This document shows, one piece after another, positions 1 to 8,835 of a stretch of DNA of 64,000 nt; within the stretch, counting starts at the first letter, position 1; the number at the start of each line of letters is the position of its first letter. A model generated the notes under the pieces. The model was given only the letters and a program-made list of their open reading frames with translations. It did not search any database and was not told the origin of the DNA. The stretch spans positions 22,551 to 86,550 of the forward strand of contig DATFRP010000196.1 in the NCBI GenBank assembly GCA_035263125.1. Direction: 5' to 3'. The translations under genes were made by a program, and so were the position numbers. This DNA comes from Vicinamibacterales bacterium (GTDB lineage: Bacteria; Acidobacteriota; Vicinamibacteria; Vicinamibacterales; UBA2999).

Positions 1-2
1 TC

Positions 3-338
3 ATCGGGCACGCCTGCTGGAGCATCGCGCAGGAGGCGTCACGCATTCTGGGCGATCAGATCGTGATCGCCGAAAACGACGTCCGCGCCGTCGTGCAGTC
101 GGTGCCCGAAGTCGTCGGATGCGAAAAGATCCGCACGAGAGGATCGGCCGATTACGCGTTTCTCGATCTGCACCTGTGGCTGCCTGGAGAGACCCCGCTC
201 GAACAGGCGCACGCCACGTCGCACGTAGTGAAGGATCGATTGATGGCGAAGTTCCCACAGCTCGCCGATGTAGTGATCCACATCGAACCGCGACGAGCAG
301 GCCCCGGGCCTCAGGGCCCAGGCCCCAGACTCACCTGA
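3..338 (+). CDS. Cation diffusion facilitator (CDF) family metal transporter, C-terminal cytoplasmic domain only (5' end outside window)
   Basis: The frame is open from the window edge. The segment ...VVGCEKIRTRGSADYAFLDLHLWLPGETPLEQAHATSHVVKDRLMAKFPQLADVVIHIEP looks like a CDF C-terminal domain. The last codons (GPGPQGPGPRLT) are read out of the heptamer repeat at 307-362. Confidence 0.7.
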   Translation: MGHACWSIAQEASRILGDQIVIAENDVRAVVQSVPEVVGCEKIRTRGSADYAFLDLHLWLPGETPLEQAHATSHVVKDRLMAKFPQLADVVIHIEPRRAGPGPQGPGPRLT

Positions 339-362
339 GGCCTGAGGCCAGGGCCCTGAGCC
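307..362. repeat. Heptad-phased imperfect palindrome: 4 heptamers, then 4 heptamers that are approximately their reverse complements
   Basis: Read directly: GGCCTCA GGGCCCA GGCCCCA GACTCAC | CTGAGGC CTGAGGC CAGGGCC CTGAGCC. It sits between the convergent stops at 338 (+) and 369 (-) and overlaps the CDF gene 3' end. Confidence 0.8.
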
Positions 363-368
363 CTCGTC

Positions 369-1763
369 CTAGAGGGCCATCTCGTGCGGGCGATACGTCG
401 TGCGCGCGGATTCGCCGTACGGAACGGGACCGACGGTCACACGGACTTCGGTCTGCGTGTGGCGTTCGACCGTCGTCTTCTTCGTGCCGCCACCTTCCTC
501 ACCCCACACTAGCGTCAACTGATCGCCGACCTTGACGTCAGGATCGACGATGCCGAGCGAGAGCATCGACTGCTCGTTGAAGCTGATGCCGGAAAACATC
601 GAGAGACCAACGATCTTGCCGCCCTTGAGCACCTTGTCGTACGAAGAGGAGCCGTAGTTCGAGAGCGGCACGTCGATGTACTTGTAGCGCTCCGCGCCCG
701 GCGTGAACTGCGACGCGAAGATTCGGGCGACGTCCTCGCCGTGCCACACGAACGTCACCTTGCGGCGATGCGGCTCTTTTGACTTCTTCTCGAGCGGCTC
801 GCGCCCGATGAAGTCGTGATCGAACTTGACGAACGACCCGTAACCGAGCTCGTACGGCGTCTGGTAGTAGTCCTCGATGTTGCTCGACACGAAACTGCCG
901 GCGATCGAGCCGGTCGCTTCGTATCCGTTCGCGGGCAGCCACTCGCGGTACTTCTTCATCTTCTCGCCCGAGTAGACCGCAGGGAGCGGCGAGGGAATCC
1001 AGCCTGACTCCAGCGTGTTGGTCGCGTAGGCACGGGCGCCCACCTGCACCAGACCGAAATCCTTGCCCGCCTCGATGATCGCGTCGCGGATCTCCTCGCG
1101 CTCGTTGTACGGTCCCCAGAGCTCGAGACCCGGCGCACCGGCCATGCCGTGACGCAGCGCGCGAACCTTGCGGCCCTTGACGTTGATGAAATCGAGGAAG
1201 AAGAACTTCACGTCAGGGATAGGGCCGCCGTTCAGACGGTCGAGGATCTGCTTGGCGTTGGGACCCTGGACCTGATAGCGATAGTGATTGCGCACCACCG
1301 CGTTCCCCTTCGGGTTCGACGGCGACCGATCATCGCGGCGGACCTGCACGTCGAAGCCGCCCGTCTCGGCCTGGAACTGCACCCAGTTGATGGTCGGCGC
1401 CCGGCCAACGAGATTGAACTCGTTTTCGGCGGTGTAGAACAGGATGACGTCGCCGATGACGTAGCCGTCATGGCTGCACGGCGCGAACTGCTTTGCGCGG
1501 CCCGGCTTGTAGCCCGAAAAACTGTTGGTGGCCAGATACGAGAGCATCTTGAACGCGTCAGGGCCCGTGACGAGCAGCTCGGCCATGTGATGCGACTGAT
1601 CGAAGAGCACTGCCGTCTCGCGCCACGCTCTCTGCTCGTCGCGCCAGTTGGTGTATTCGGACGGCACGACCGGATAGACATAGGCGCCAATCTGCGAGTT
1701 CCGCAGCATCTCGACCGGATTCTTGGCGGCTTGAAGTACTTGCTCCAGGCTTTTCTGACTCAT
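369..1763 (-). CDS. ligM: Tetrahydrofolate-dependent aryl O-demethylase (vanillate/3-O-methylgallate O-demethylase-like, GcvT/aminomethyltransferase fold)
   Basis: The protein is alignable from memory along its length to Sphingobium LigM (LEQVL..VEMLRNSQIGAYVYPVV..NWR.EQ.AWR..AVLFDQ.HHM; RHGMAGAPGLE.WGPY; LESGWIPSPLPA.Y.G.K...YREWLPAN.YEA.G.I.GSFVSSNIEDYY..PYE.GYG.FVKFDHDFIGR). I chose the start at MSQKS (ATG 1763), preceded by GGAG. The ORF-track start at 1868 is probably too long. Confidence 0.8.
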   Translation of the reverse strand: MSQKSLEQVLQAAKNPVEMLRNSQIGAYVYPVVPSEYTNWRDEQRAWRETAVLFDQSHHMAELLVTGPDAFKMLSYLATNSFSGYKPGRAKQFAPCSHDGYVIGDVILFYTAENEFNLVGRAPTINWVQFQAETGGFDVQVRRDDRSPSNPKGNAVVRNHYRYQVQGPNAKQILDRLNGGPIPDVKFFFLDFINVKGRKVRALRHGMAGAPGLELWGPYNEREEIRDAIIEAGKDFGLVQVGARAYATNTLESGWIPSPLPAVYSGEKMKKYREWLPANGYEATGSIAGSFVSSNIEDYYQTPYELGYGSFVKFDHDFIGREPLEKKSKEPHRRKVTFVWHGEDVARIFASQFTPGAERYKYIDVPLSNYGSSSYDKVLKGGKIVGLSMFSGISFNEQSMLSLGIVDPDVKVGDQLTLVWGEEGGGTKKTTVERHTQTEVRVTVGPVPYGESARTTYRPHEMAL

Positions 1764-1798
1764 AGTTCTTCGTAACTCCTCTGCACGCGCTCGGCGCC

Positions 1799-2058
1799 GG
1801 CGCGCGAAGCGCGCCAAAAAGATACTGGTGAAGCTCTCCATTATGTCCGGCCGGCGGGCGGACGCCAAGATGGGCCCGTCCTGCGGACGGGTGGGGCTCG
1901 CGACTTCGTCGCGAGTGGGGCCGCCGCTGGCGCGTCGGTAGGGCAGCGCTTCGCGCTGTGGGGGAAATTCCGCACCGCGACGAAGTCGCGGCCCAACGGG
2001 CGCGAAGCGCCCGCCCCACGGCGTCCGAAGGACGCCGCCCGACGGCGACGAAGTCGCC
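1799..2058. repeat. Array of eight GC-rich mini-hairpins with GAA/TTC (one TGC) triloops in the MFS-ligM intergenic region
   Basis: Hairpins read directly: 1799-1815 ggcgcgc-gaa-gcgcgcc; 1875-1891 (cccgtcc-tgc-ggacggg); 1897-1915 ctcgcgac-ttc-gtcgcgag; 1944-1958 cagcgc-ttc-gcgctg; 1975-1991 ccgcgac-gaa-gtcgcgg; 1998-2012 gggcgc-gaa-gcgccc; 2020-2036 ggcgtcc-gaa-ggacgcc; 2044-2058 ggcgac-gaa-gtcgcc. Confidence 0.8.
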
Positions 2059-2061
2059 GCC

Positions 2062-3429
2062 CTAGTGCGTCGCTGCGCTAGCCCCTGCCGCAGTCAGCAA
2101 CGCACTCTTGGGCACGTGGCGGCCGATTACGGCAAGCGAGATGAACACGATCGCCATCAGGATCGCCCAGCTCTGGAAGTACCCAGTCGGCCCGCCGCGA
2201 TCGAACGCGAATCCTCCGACGTACACGGCCAATACGTTGCCGATGCGTCCGAAGGCCACTGCGGCGCCAACGCCCGTGCTGCGTATTTCAGTCGGATAGA
2301 CGTGCGCGGCGAGCGCATACATGGTCGTCTGCACGGCGTTCAGCAGCCCGCCGGTGACGAGGAACATCGCCATCAGTGCAAACGTGTCGGTTGGATCGAG
2401 CTTCATCCCCGACATGATCAGCGAGCAGATCACGGCAGCCACACACATGCCGAGCATCGTCAGCCTCGATCCGATGCGTTGAATGACGAGGGCACCGACG
2501 ACGGCGCCGATGACGCCACCTATGTTCACCCACTGCAAGCCTCCGGTCGCGGCCGCCGGCGTGAACTTGCCCGCGTCGCGCAACACCGAGGGCACGAGCT
2601 GAATCGCGACGTAGTTCACCATCAGACAGAAGAAGAACGAGCCGAAGAGTCCGATCGTGTCGCGACGGAAGACAGGGGCAAACAGATCGGCAATCGTCGC
2701 CTTGCTCGCCGAGGTCTGCGCGCCCGCGGCCGCCTCGACATACGCGACATCGTGTGGCACGTTGTGTCCCATGCGCCGCATGACATGCGTCAATTCCGGC
2801 CACCGCTCGCGCCGACCCGCCAGGTAGCGTGGAGACTCGGGGAGCGCTTTCCAGAGCACGATCGCCACCGCGACCGGGACGAGGCCACCGATGACGAACA
2901 GCGCACGCCAGCCATACGTGGGCGTGATGATCCCGGCCATCGTGCTGGCGACAAAACCCCCGAGTGGAATGCAGACGATCGTGAGCGTCACGGCAAAGGG
3001 ACGCTGGCGGCGCGGCACGTACTCAGAGGCCAGCGATGCGGCGTTGGGCATCGCACCACCGAGGCCGACACCGGCGATGAATCGCAGCAGACCGAGTAGA
3101 AAGACGGAGTTGACTGAAGCGATCGCGATCGTGAGCACCCCGAACGAGATGACGCTGCCAAGCAGCGCGGTTCGCCGGCCGTACCGGTCTCCGAGAATCC
3201 CGCCGGCCAGGCCGCCGATCATCATGCCGAAGGGCCCGGTGGCCAGGGCGTTGCGGAATGCGCTGTTCTGCAGGCCCCATTCCGGTGCGATGAACGGGAC
3301 CGCATTCGGGAGCAGCTGATTGTCGATGCCGTCGAGGATGATCGCGAGCGCGGTGCCGAGAATCAGGAGCTTCTGATACCCCGTCCAGCGACCTTCGTCG
3401 AGCACCGAGCCGATATCGACCGTTTTCAT
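2062..3429 (-). CDS. MFS transporter, aromatic acid:H+ symporter (AAHS, PcaK/VanK-like) family
   Basis: A 12-TM-like profile. The N-terminus MKTVDIGSVLDEGRWTGYQKLLILGTALAIILDGIDNQLL and the motif GDRYGRR are typical of AAHS-type MFS transporters. It lies directly upstream of ligM on the same strand. Start taken at MKTVD (ATG 3429). Confidence 0.75.
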   Translation of the reverse strand: MKTVDIGSVLDEGRWTGYQKLLILGTALAIILDGIDNQLLPNAVPFIAPEWGLQNSAFRNALATGPFGMMIGGLAGGILGDRYGRRTALLGSVISFGVLTIAIASVNSVFLLGLLRFIAGVGLGGAMPNAASLASEYVPRRQRPFAVTLTIVCIPLGGFVASTMAGIITPTYGWRALFVIGGLVPVAVAIVLWKALPESPRYLAGRRERWPELTHVMRRMGHNVPHDVAYVEAAAGAQTSASKATIADLFAPVFRRDTIGLFGSFFFCLMVNYVAIQLVPSVLRDAGKFTPAAATGGLQWVNIGGVIGAVVGALVIQRIGSRLTMLGMCVAAVICSLIMSGMKLDPTDTFALMAMFLVTGGLLNAVQTTMYALAAHVYPTEIRSTGVGAAVAFGRIGNVLAVYVGGFAFDRGGPTGYFQSWAILMAIVFISLAVIGRHVPKSALLTAAGASAATH

Positions 3430-3524
3430 TGGTTCGGTCCTTTTCCACCCGCGTGACATCTGCTCGCGTCACAGCGGCAGGCCAGGACGGGCCAGGCGGT
3501 CACGCAGTATATCAGCCACCGCAT

Positions 3525-4469
3525 ATGATGCTGTCCGACGTGACCGACGCCGCGCAGCTCCTCTTTTCCATCTTCATTTCAGACCTCTTCCCCGTATTTG
3601 CCATCGCCGGCGCTGGATTCCTTCTGGCGCGGACGCTCGGCGTCCAGGTGCAGACCGTGTCACGCGTGACGTTTTACGCGCTGGCGCCTGCGCTCGTCTT
3701 CAACGTTCTCGTCAGCTCGACGCTCGACGGACTACAGGCCGGACGGATGGTTCTCTTCTACGTGCTGGTCACGATCGCAGCGGGCCTCATGGCACGGCTT
3801 GCGGCCATCCCGCTCCGGCTGGATCGTCCCTCGCTGAGCGCGTTCCTTCTGGTCGTGGTTTCGTCCAACAGCGGAAACTATGGACTCCCGGTCGCGATGC
3901 TTGCGTTTGGTCGAGACGGGCTCGCGTTCGCGAGTATGTACTTCCTCGCGAGCTCGCTCTTCAGCTACACCGGTGGCATCCTGATCGCGGCGACCGGACG
4001 GCGCACGATTCGCGAGGCAATCGTCGGCATTACGCGCGTGCCTGCGGTATATGGAGCCGCCGCTGCCGGATTGAGCCTCCTGCTCCACTGGCCGCTCCCC
4101 GACGCGTTGATGCGTCCGGTCTCGATGCTGAGCGACGCCGCGTTGCCGATGATGATCATCGTGCTCGGCATGCAGCTCGAGCGAGCGACGCGTCCCGACC
4201 GTCCAGCGATGGTGGCCACCGCGGTCGTGCTGTCGATCGTGTTGATGCCGCTCGCGGCGATCGGCATCGCTCATCTCGTCGGACTGCACGGAGCGGCCTT
4301 TCAGGCCGGCGTCCTGCAGGCCTCGATGCCGACAGCGGTCATCACGACGATCCTCGCACTCGAATTCAACGTCGAGCCGAATTTCGTGACGAGCGTCGTC
4401 GCGCTGTCGACGCTCCTCAGCCCGCTGACAGTGACGGTGCTGATCGCGTTTCTCCAACGACATGCGTGA
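3525..4469 (+). CDS. AEC (auxin efflux carrier) family transporter
   Basis: A polytopic membrane protein. FPVFAIAGAGFLLAR...VTFYALAPALVFNVL... and the C-terminal half (PMMIIVLGMQL) fit the AEC/Mem_trans family. Start taken at MMLSD (ATG 3525). Confidence 0.7.
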   Translation: MMLSDVTDAAQLLFSIFISDLFPVFAIAGAGFLLARTLGVQVQTVSRVTFYALAPALVFNVLVSSTLDGLQAGRMVLFYVLVTIAAGLMARLAAIPLRLDRPSLSAFLLVVVSSNSGNYGLPVAMLAFGRDGLAFASMYFLASSLFSYTGGILIAATGRRTIREAIVGITRVPAVYGAAAAGLSLLLHWPLPDALMRPVSMLSDAALPMMIIVLGMQLERATRPDRPAMVATAVVLSIVLMPLAAIGIAHLVGLHGAAFQAGVLQASMPTAVITTILALEFNVEPNFVTSVVALSTLLSPLTVTVLIAFLQRHA

Positions 4470-5634
4470 GAAACGCCGTCACTCCGCAACCGGCAATCAC
4501 CGCAGCCAGCGGCACGGCGGTGCCGTTTGCGAAGGCACCAACCAGCGCTGCTGACGTCGTTCCCAGTACGAACTGCAGGGTGCCAAGCAGCGCCGATGCA
4601 CTTCCCGCAACACGCCCGTGAGGCGCCATCGCCAACGCCGTCGTGTTCGGCAGGACGAAGCCGTGCGAGGAAATGAAGCAGAAGAGCGGGATGAGAATGC
4701 CCGCGAAGCCGCCGAACCCGCTCCAGGCATTGACGAACATCAGCAGACCCGCCGACATCGCCACGACCAGCATGATGCGCAGGATACGGTGCGGGTCCAT
4801 CCGAGTGGACAGCCAGCGATTGATCTGTGAAGCGGCGATGATGCCGAACGCGTTGGTCCCGAAGTAGAAGCCGAACCGCTCGGGAGGCACGCGGAAGATC
4901 TCGATGAACACGAATGGCGACCCGGCGATGTACGCGAGAAGGCCTGCGAAAATCAGCGCGCCAGAGAGCGCGTATCCCATGTACACGCGATCACGGGCGA
5001 GCTGCGCGTAGGTTGAAAGCACCACGCCAATCGGCTGACGTTGACGACGTTCGCGCGGCAGGCTTTCGGGCAGGAAGATCGCGACCAGCGTGAGCCACGT
5101 GGCCGCATAGGTCGCCAGGACCCAGAACACCGATCGCCATCCGAAGTTGATGAGGAGCTGGCCGCCGATGAGCGGCGCGAGGATGGGTGCCAACCCGAAG
5201 ACCAACATCAGCAGGGACAACATCCGGACCGAGCCCTGCTGATCGAAATAGTCGCGCACCACCGCGCGCGGCACCACGATCGGAGCGCAGCCGCCGAGCG
5301 CCTGCAGGAATCGGAACGTCACCAGCGCCTGCACACCCGCCGCCCTCGCACACCCGATCGACGACAGCAGAAACACGCCGAGGCCCAGATACAGCGCAGG
5401 CTTGCGGCCGACGCGATCGGACAGCGGCCCATACAGCGCCTGGCCGATGGCAATGCCAATGTAGTACGCGGCCAGGCTCGCCTGTACCGCCGCCGCGGTC
5501 GTGCCGAACTCGCGCGCAATCGTCGGCAGCGACGGCAGATACATGTCGATCGCCAGCGGACCGATCGCGGTGAGCGCGCCCAGAATCAGGGCGAGACGGT
5601 AATAGTCGCGGCCTTCCGTACTGGAATGGGTCAC
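4417..5634 (-). CDS. MFS drug efflux transporter, Bcr/CflA family
   Basis: The N-terminus ...[66 protein letters not shown] is characteristic of Bcr/CflA. Its start overlaps the moaC stop by 4 nt. Confidence 0.8.
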   Translation of the reverse strand: MTHSSTEGRDYYRLALILGALTAIGPLAIDMYLPSLPTIAREFGTTAAAVQASLAAYYIGIAIGQALYGPLSDRVGRKPALYLGLGVFLLSSIGCARAAGVQALVTFRFLQALGGCAPIVVPRAVVRDYFDQQGSVRMLSLLMLVFGLAPILAPLIGGQLLINFGWRSVFWVLATYAATWLTLVAIFLPESLPRERRQRQPIGVVLSTYAQLARDRVYMGYALSGALIFAGLLAYIAGSPFVFIEIFRVPPERFGFYFGTNAFGIIAASQINRWLSTRMDPHRILRIMLVVAMSAGLLMFVNAWSGFGGFAGILIPLFCFISSHGFVLPNTTALAMAPHGRVAGSASALLGTLQFVLGTTSAALVGAFANGTAVPLAAVIAGCGVTAFLTHVVGETRSAPSLSAG

Positions 5635-6131
5635 GCGCGCCGCCGGTAGTGTCCGGATCGTCCACCTTTCTTTTCGACCAGGCAGATCTCACCTATCACC
5701 ATTTCCCGATCAACCGCCTTGACCATGTCGTAGATCGTCAGCGCCGCGACGGCCACGGCCGTGAGCGCTTCCATCTCGACGCCGGTCTGTCCAGACGTCC
5801 GCACGTGCGACTCGATGCGATAGCCGGTTCGGGTCGGAGTCAGATCGACGCTCACGTGCGTCAGCATGAGCGGGTGACACAACGGAATGAGCGACGAGGT
5901 CTGTTTGGCGGCCAGAATACCCGCGAGCCGGGCGGTCTGCAGCGGATCGCCTTTGGCCACAGCCCCTCGGCGAATCAGCGCGAGCGCCTGTGTGCTCATC
6001 GAGATCTCGCCGCGCGCGATCGCCTCGCGGCTGGTGACCGGTTTGTCGCCGACGTCGACCATCCGCGCCTTGCCGCGCGAGTCAACGTGCGACAGGGCAC
6101 GTGCACGCTTCGCACCTCCGCTCTTACTCAC
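5631..6131 (-). CDS. moaC: Cyclic pyranopterin monophosphate synthase MoaC
   Basis: [24 protein letters not shown]...[28 protein letters not shown]...[20 protein letters not shown] are MoaC signature regions. Confidence 0.9.
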   Translation of the reverse strand: MSKSGGAKRARALSHVDSRGKARMVDVGDKPVTSREAIARGEISMSTQALALIRRGAVAKGDPLQTARLAGILAAKQTSSLIPLCHPLMLTHVSVDLTPTRTGYRIESHVRTSGQTGVEMEALTAVAVAALTIYDMVKAVDREMVIGEICLVEKKGGRSGHYRRRA

Positions 6132-6807
6132 TTTGATCGCCCTGCGCGAGGTAGAAGGACAGGCTTTCGAGCGAGACGGTCAGGTCCACGCTCTTCAGCT
6201 TCACGTCGGCCGGAACTTTCAACGCACCGGGCGAGAAGTTCAAGATGGCTTTCACACCCGCAGTCACCACCTGATCGACCACCGGCTGCGCGTGCTGTGC
6301 CGGCACGGCGATGACGGCGATGTCGAGTCGATCCCGGCGGACGACCCGCTTGAGCTCTTTGATGTCATGGATCGGCACGCCGCCGCGGGATTCGTGTCCG
6401 ATCTTCTCGTTGGCGGTATCGAAGAGCGCCGCGATCTCGAAGCCTTCCTGACGGAATCCCGGGTAGTCGGCAAGGGCAAGGCCGAGATTGCCGGCGCCCA
6501 TGATTGCCACCCGCAGGTGACGATCGAGCCCGAGGATCTGTCGCAGGTGGCGCCGCAGTTCCTTGACGTAGTAGCCAACCCCGCGTACACCGAACTCACC
6601 GAAGTAGGCAAGGTCTTTGCGAATCTGAGCGGCGTTGAGATGGAACCGTTCAGCGAGCGATTGCGACGAGATCGTCTGGACACCGCCGGCGTCAAGCTCG
6701 TTCAGGCATCGCAAGTACACCGAGAGACGATTGGTTGTGAGCTCGGAAACCTGTTCGGGTGCCTGTTTCCGCTTGTTCGGCCGATTCACAAGGTTCAATG
6801 CTACCAT
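6124..6807 (-). CDS. rex: Redox-sensing transcriptional repressor Rex
   Basis: A winged-helix N-terminus ([12 protein letters not shown]...[36 protein letters not shown]) is followed by a Rossmann motif ([14 protein letters not shown]). The start is uncertain: ATG 6807, or GTG about 18 nt downstream. Confidence 0.85.
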   Translation of the reverse strand: MVALNLVNRPNKRKQAPEQVSELTTNRLSVYLRCLNELDAGGVQTISSQSLAERFHLNAAQIRKDLAYFGEFGVRGVGYYVKELRRHLRQILGLDRHLRVAIMGAGNLGLALADYPGFRQEGFEIAALFDTANEKIGHESRGGVPIHDIKELKRVVRRDRLDIAVIAVPAQHAQPVVDQVVTAGVKAILNFSPGALKVPADVKLKSVDLTVSLESLSFYLAQGDQSE

Positions 6808-6815
6808 CACGCGCC

Positions 6816-8831
6816 ATGGCGCACATGACCACGACACAGCCCGAAACGCGTAGTGCGACGACGTTTCAACCCTACGTACCGGCCTCACAGTCGCCGGCCG
6901 AATTCACTCTCAAGACGATCATCCTGGGCGCCATCTTCGGGTTGATCTTCGGTGCGTCGACCGTATATCTCGGGCTGCGTGCCGGCCTCACCGTGAGCGC
7001 GTCGATTCCGATCGCGGTGCTCGCGATCTCGGTGCTCAAACGGTTCGGCGGCTCGACGATCCTCGAGAACAACATCGTGCAGACGATCGGCTCGGCAGGT
7101 GAGTCGATCGCTGGCGGCGTCGTCTTTACCATTCCGGCGTTGATCTTTCTGATGCCGAACGGACCGGCCTACTTCAACTACGTCCAGATCACGATGCTGA
7201 CGTTTGCCGGCGGCATCCTGGGCGTGCTGATGATGGTCCCGTTGCGCCGCGCGCTGATCGTCAAAGAGCACGGGGTCCTACCCTACCCGGAAGGCACGGC
7301 GTGCGCCGAAGTGCTCGTCGCAGGTGAACGCGGCGGTCGGCTCGCCTCGCTCGTGTTCGGTGGACTGGCGATTGGCGCGATCTGGAAATCGCTCTCGTGG
7401 ATCTTCAACCTCTTCCTGCAGGTGATCGGCTACTCGACGCCGCGCACCAGCCAGTTTCCCAACGCCACGATCAACGTCGACATCTCACCCGAATACCTCG
7501 GAGTCGGCTACGTGATCGGACCTCGTATCGCGGGAACGATGTTCGCCGGCGGGGTGCTCTCGTGGCTCGTGCTGCTGCCGCTGCTCTCGATCCTCGGCTC
7601 ATTCATCAACGAGCCGTTCCCGCCGATCCATCCCAATTACGCGAACAACCCCGCCACAGGGCGGCCGTTCCTGATTTCGGAGATGGCGCCCGCACAATTG
7701 TGGAGTGCGTACATCCGATACATCGGCGCCGGCGCGGTGCTCGCGTCGGGCCTGATCACACTCGGTCGCACGCTCCCGACCATCATTGCGTCGGCTCGTG
7801 GCAGCTTCAAGAATCTGTCAGCCGGCGCCGCGGCCGTGGCCCAGCTGCGCACCGAACGCGACATCCCGATGATCGTCGTCCTGGGCGGGTCGCTCGTCCT
7901 GGGTCTCTTCCTCGCGTTCGCCCCCGGGCTCCCGACCCAGGGCAACGTGCTGGCGGCGATTCTGATTCTCGTCTTCGGGTTCTTTTTCGCCACGGTGTCG
8001 TCGCGCATCACCGGGCTGATCGGCACGTCGTCGAATCCGATCTCCGGCATGACGATCGCCACGCTGATCCTCACGTGTCTCCTGTTCGTCGGGTTGGGAT
8101 GGACCGGCGACATGTACGCCCCGATCGCCCTGTGCGTGGGTGCGATCGTCTGTATCGCCGCTGCGAACGCCGGCAACACCTCACAGGACCTGAAGACCGG
8201 GTTCATCGTGGGGGCGACGCCGCTGTATCAGCAGATCGGACTCGTCATCGGCGTGGTCACGTCCGCATTCATCATCGGGCTTACCCTGCTTTACCTCCAC
8301 CAGAACCTCGGCGGCATCGGGTCGCAGTATCTCGCTGCGCCGCAAGCGACGCTGATGTCGACGATCATCCGCGGGCTGCTCAATCAGAACCTGCCGTGGG
8401 GCCTGGTGCTGGTCGGTGTCTTCGTCGCGATCACGCTCGAGTTGTGCGGCATCCGATCGCTGTCGTTTGCGGTCGGCTCGTATCTGCCGATCGCGACCAC
8501 CGCGCCGATTTTCGCCGGCGGGCTCGTCCGCTGGTGGGTCGAGCGGAAAACGGGCGTCGCTCAGGAATCGGACCTCAGCGCGGGAACGTTGTTCAGTTCG
8601 GGGTTGATCGCCGGTGGATCGATCGCCGGCATTCTGTTTGCGCTGCTCGTCGGCAGCAACGACTGGTCGAAGGCCAACCTGGGGTTCGGGTCGATCGATG
8701 CCCCGCAGAAGCTCGGGGAGTGGTTCCCCTACTTCCACGACAATTCGACGCTGGCCCAGATCGCCAGCCTCCTGCTCTTTCTCGCGCTTGCACTCGTGGT
8801 CGCACGGCAGGCAATGCGAAAAGTAGAATGA
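6816..8831 (+). CDS. OPT family oligopeptide transporter
   Basis: A ~670-aa polytopic protein. EFTLKTIILGAIFGLIFGASTVYLGLRAGLTVSASIPIAVLAISVLK...NNIVQTIGSAGESIAGGVVFTIPAL is typical of the OPT superfamily. Start taken at ATG 6816. Confidence 0.8.
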   Translation: MAHMTTTQPETRSATTFQPYVPASQSPAEFTLKTIILGAIFGLIFGASTVYLGLRAGLTVSASIPIAVLAISVLKRFGGSTILENNIVQTIGSAGESIAGGVVFTIPALIFLMPNGPAYFNYVQITMLTFAGGILGVLMMVPLRRALIVKEHGVLPYPEGTACAEVLVAGERGGRLASLVFGGLAIGAIWKSLSWIFNLFLQVIGYSTPRTSQFPNATINVDISPEYLGVGYVIGPRIAGTMFAGGVLSWLVLLPLLSILGSFINEPFPPIHPNYANNPATGRPFLISEMAPAQLWSAYIRYIGAGAVLASGLITLGRTLPTIIASARGSFKNLSAGAAAVAQLRTERDIPMIVVLGGSLVLGLFLAFAPGLPTQGNVLAAILILVFGFFFATVSSRITGLIGTSSNPISGMTIATLILTCLLFVGLGWTGDMYAPIALCVGAIVCIAAANAGNTSQDLKTGFIVGATPLYQQIGLVIGVVTSAFIIGLTLLYLHQNLGGIGSQYLAAPQATLMSTIIRGLLNQNLPWGLVLVGVFVAITLELCGIRSLSFAVGSYLPIATTAPIFAGGLVRWWVERKTGVAQESDLSAGTLFSSGLIAGGSIAGILFALLVGSNDWSKANLGFGSIDAPQKLGEWFPYFHDNSTLAQIASLLLFLALALVVARQAMRKVE

Positions 8832-8835
8832 TTGT

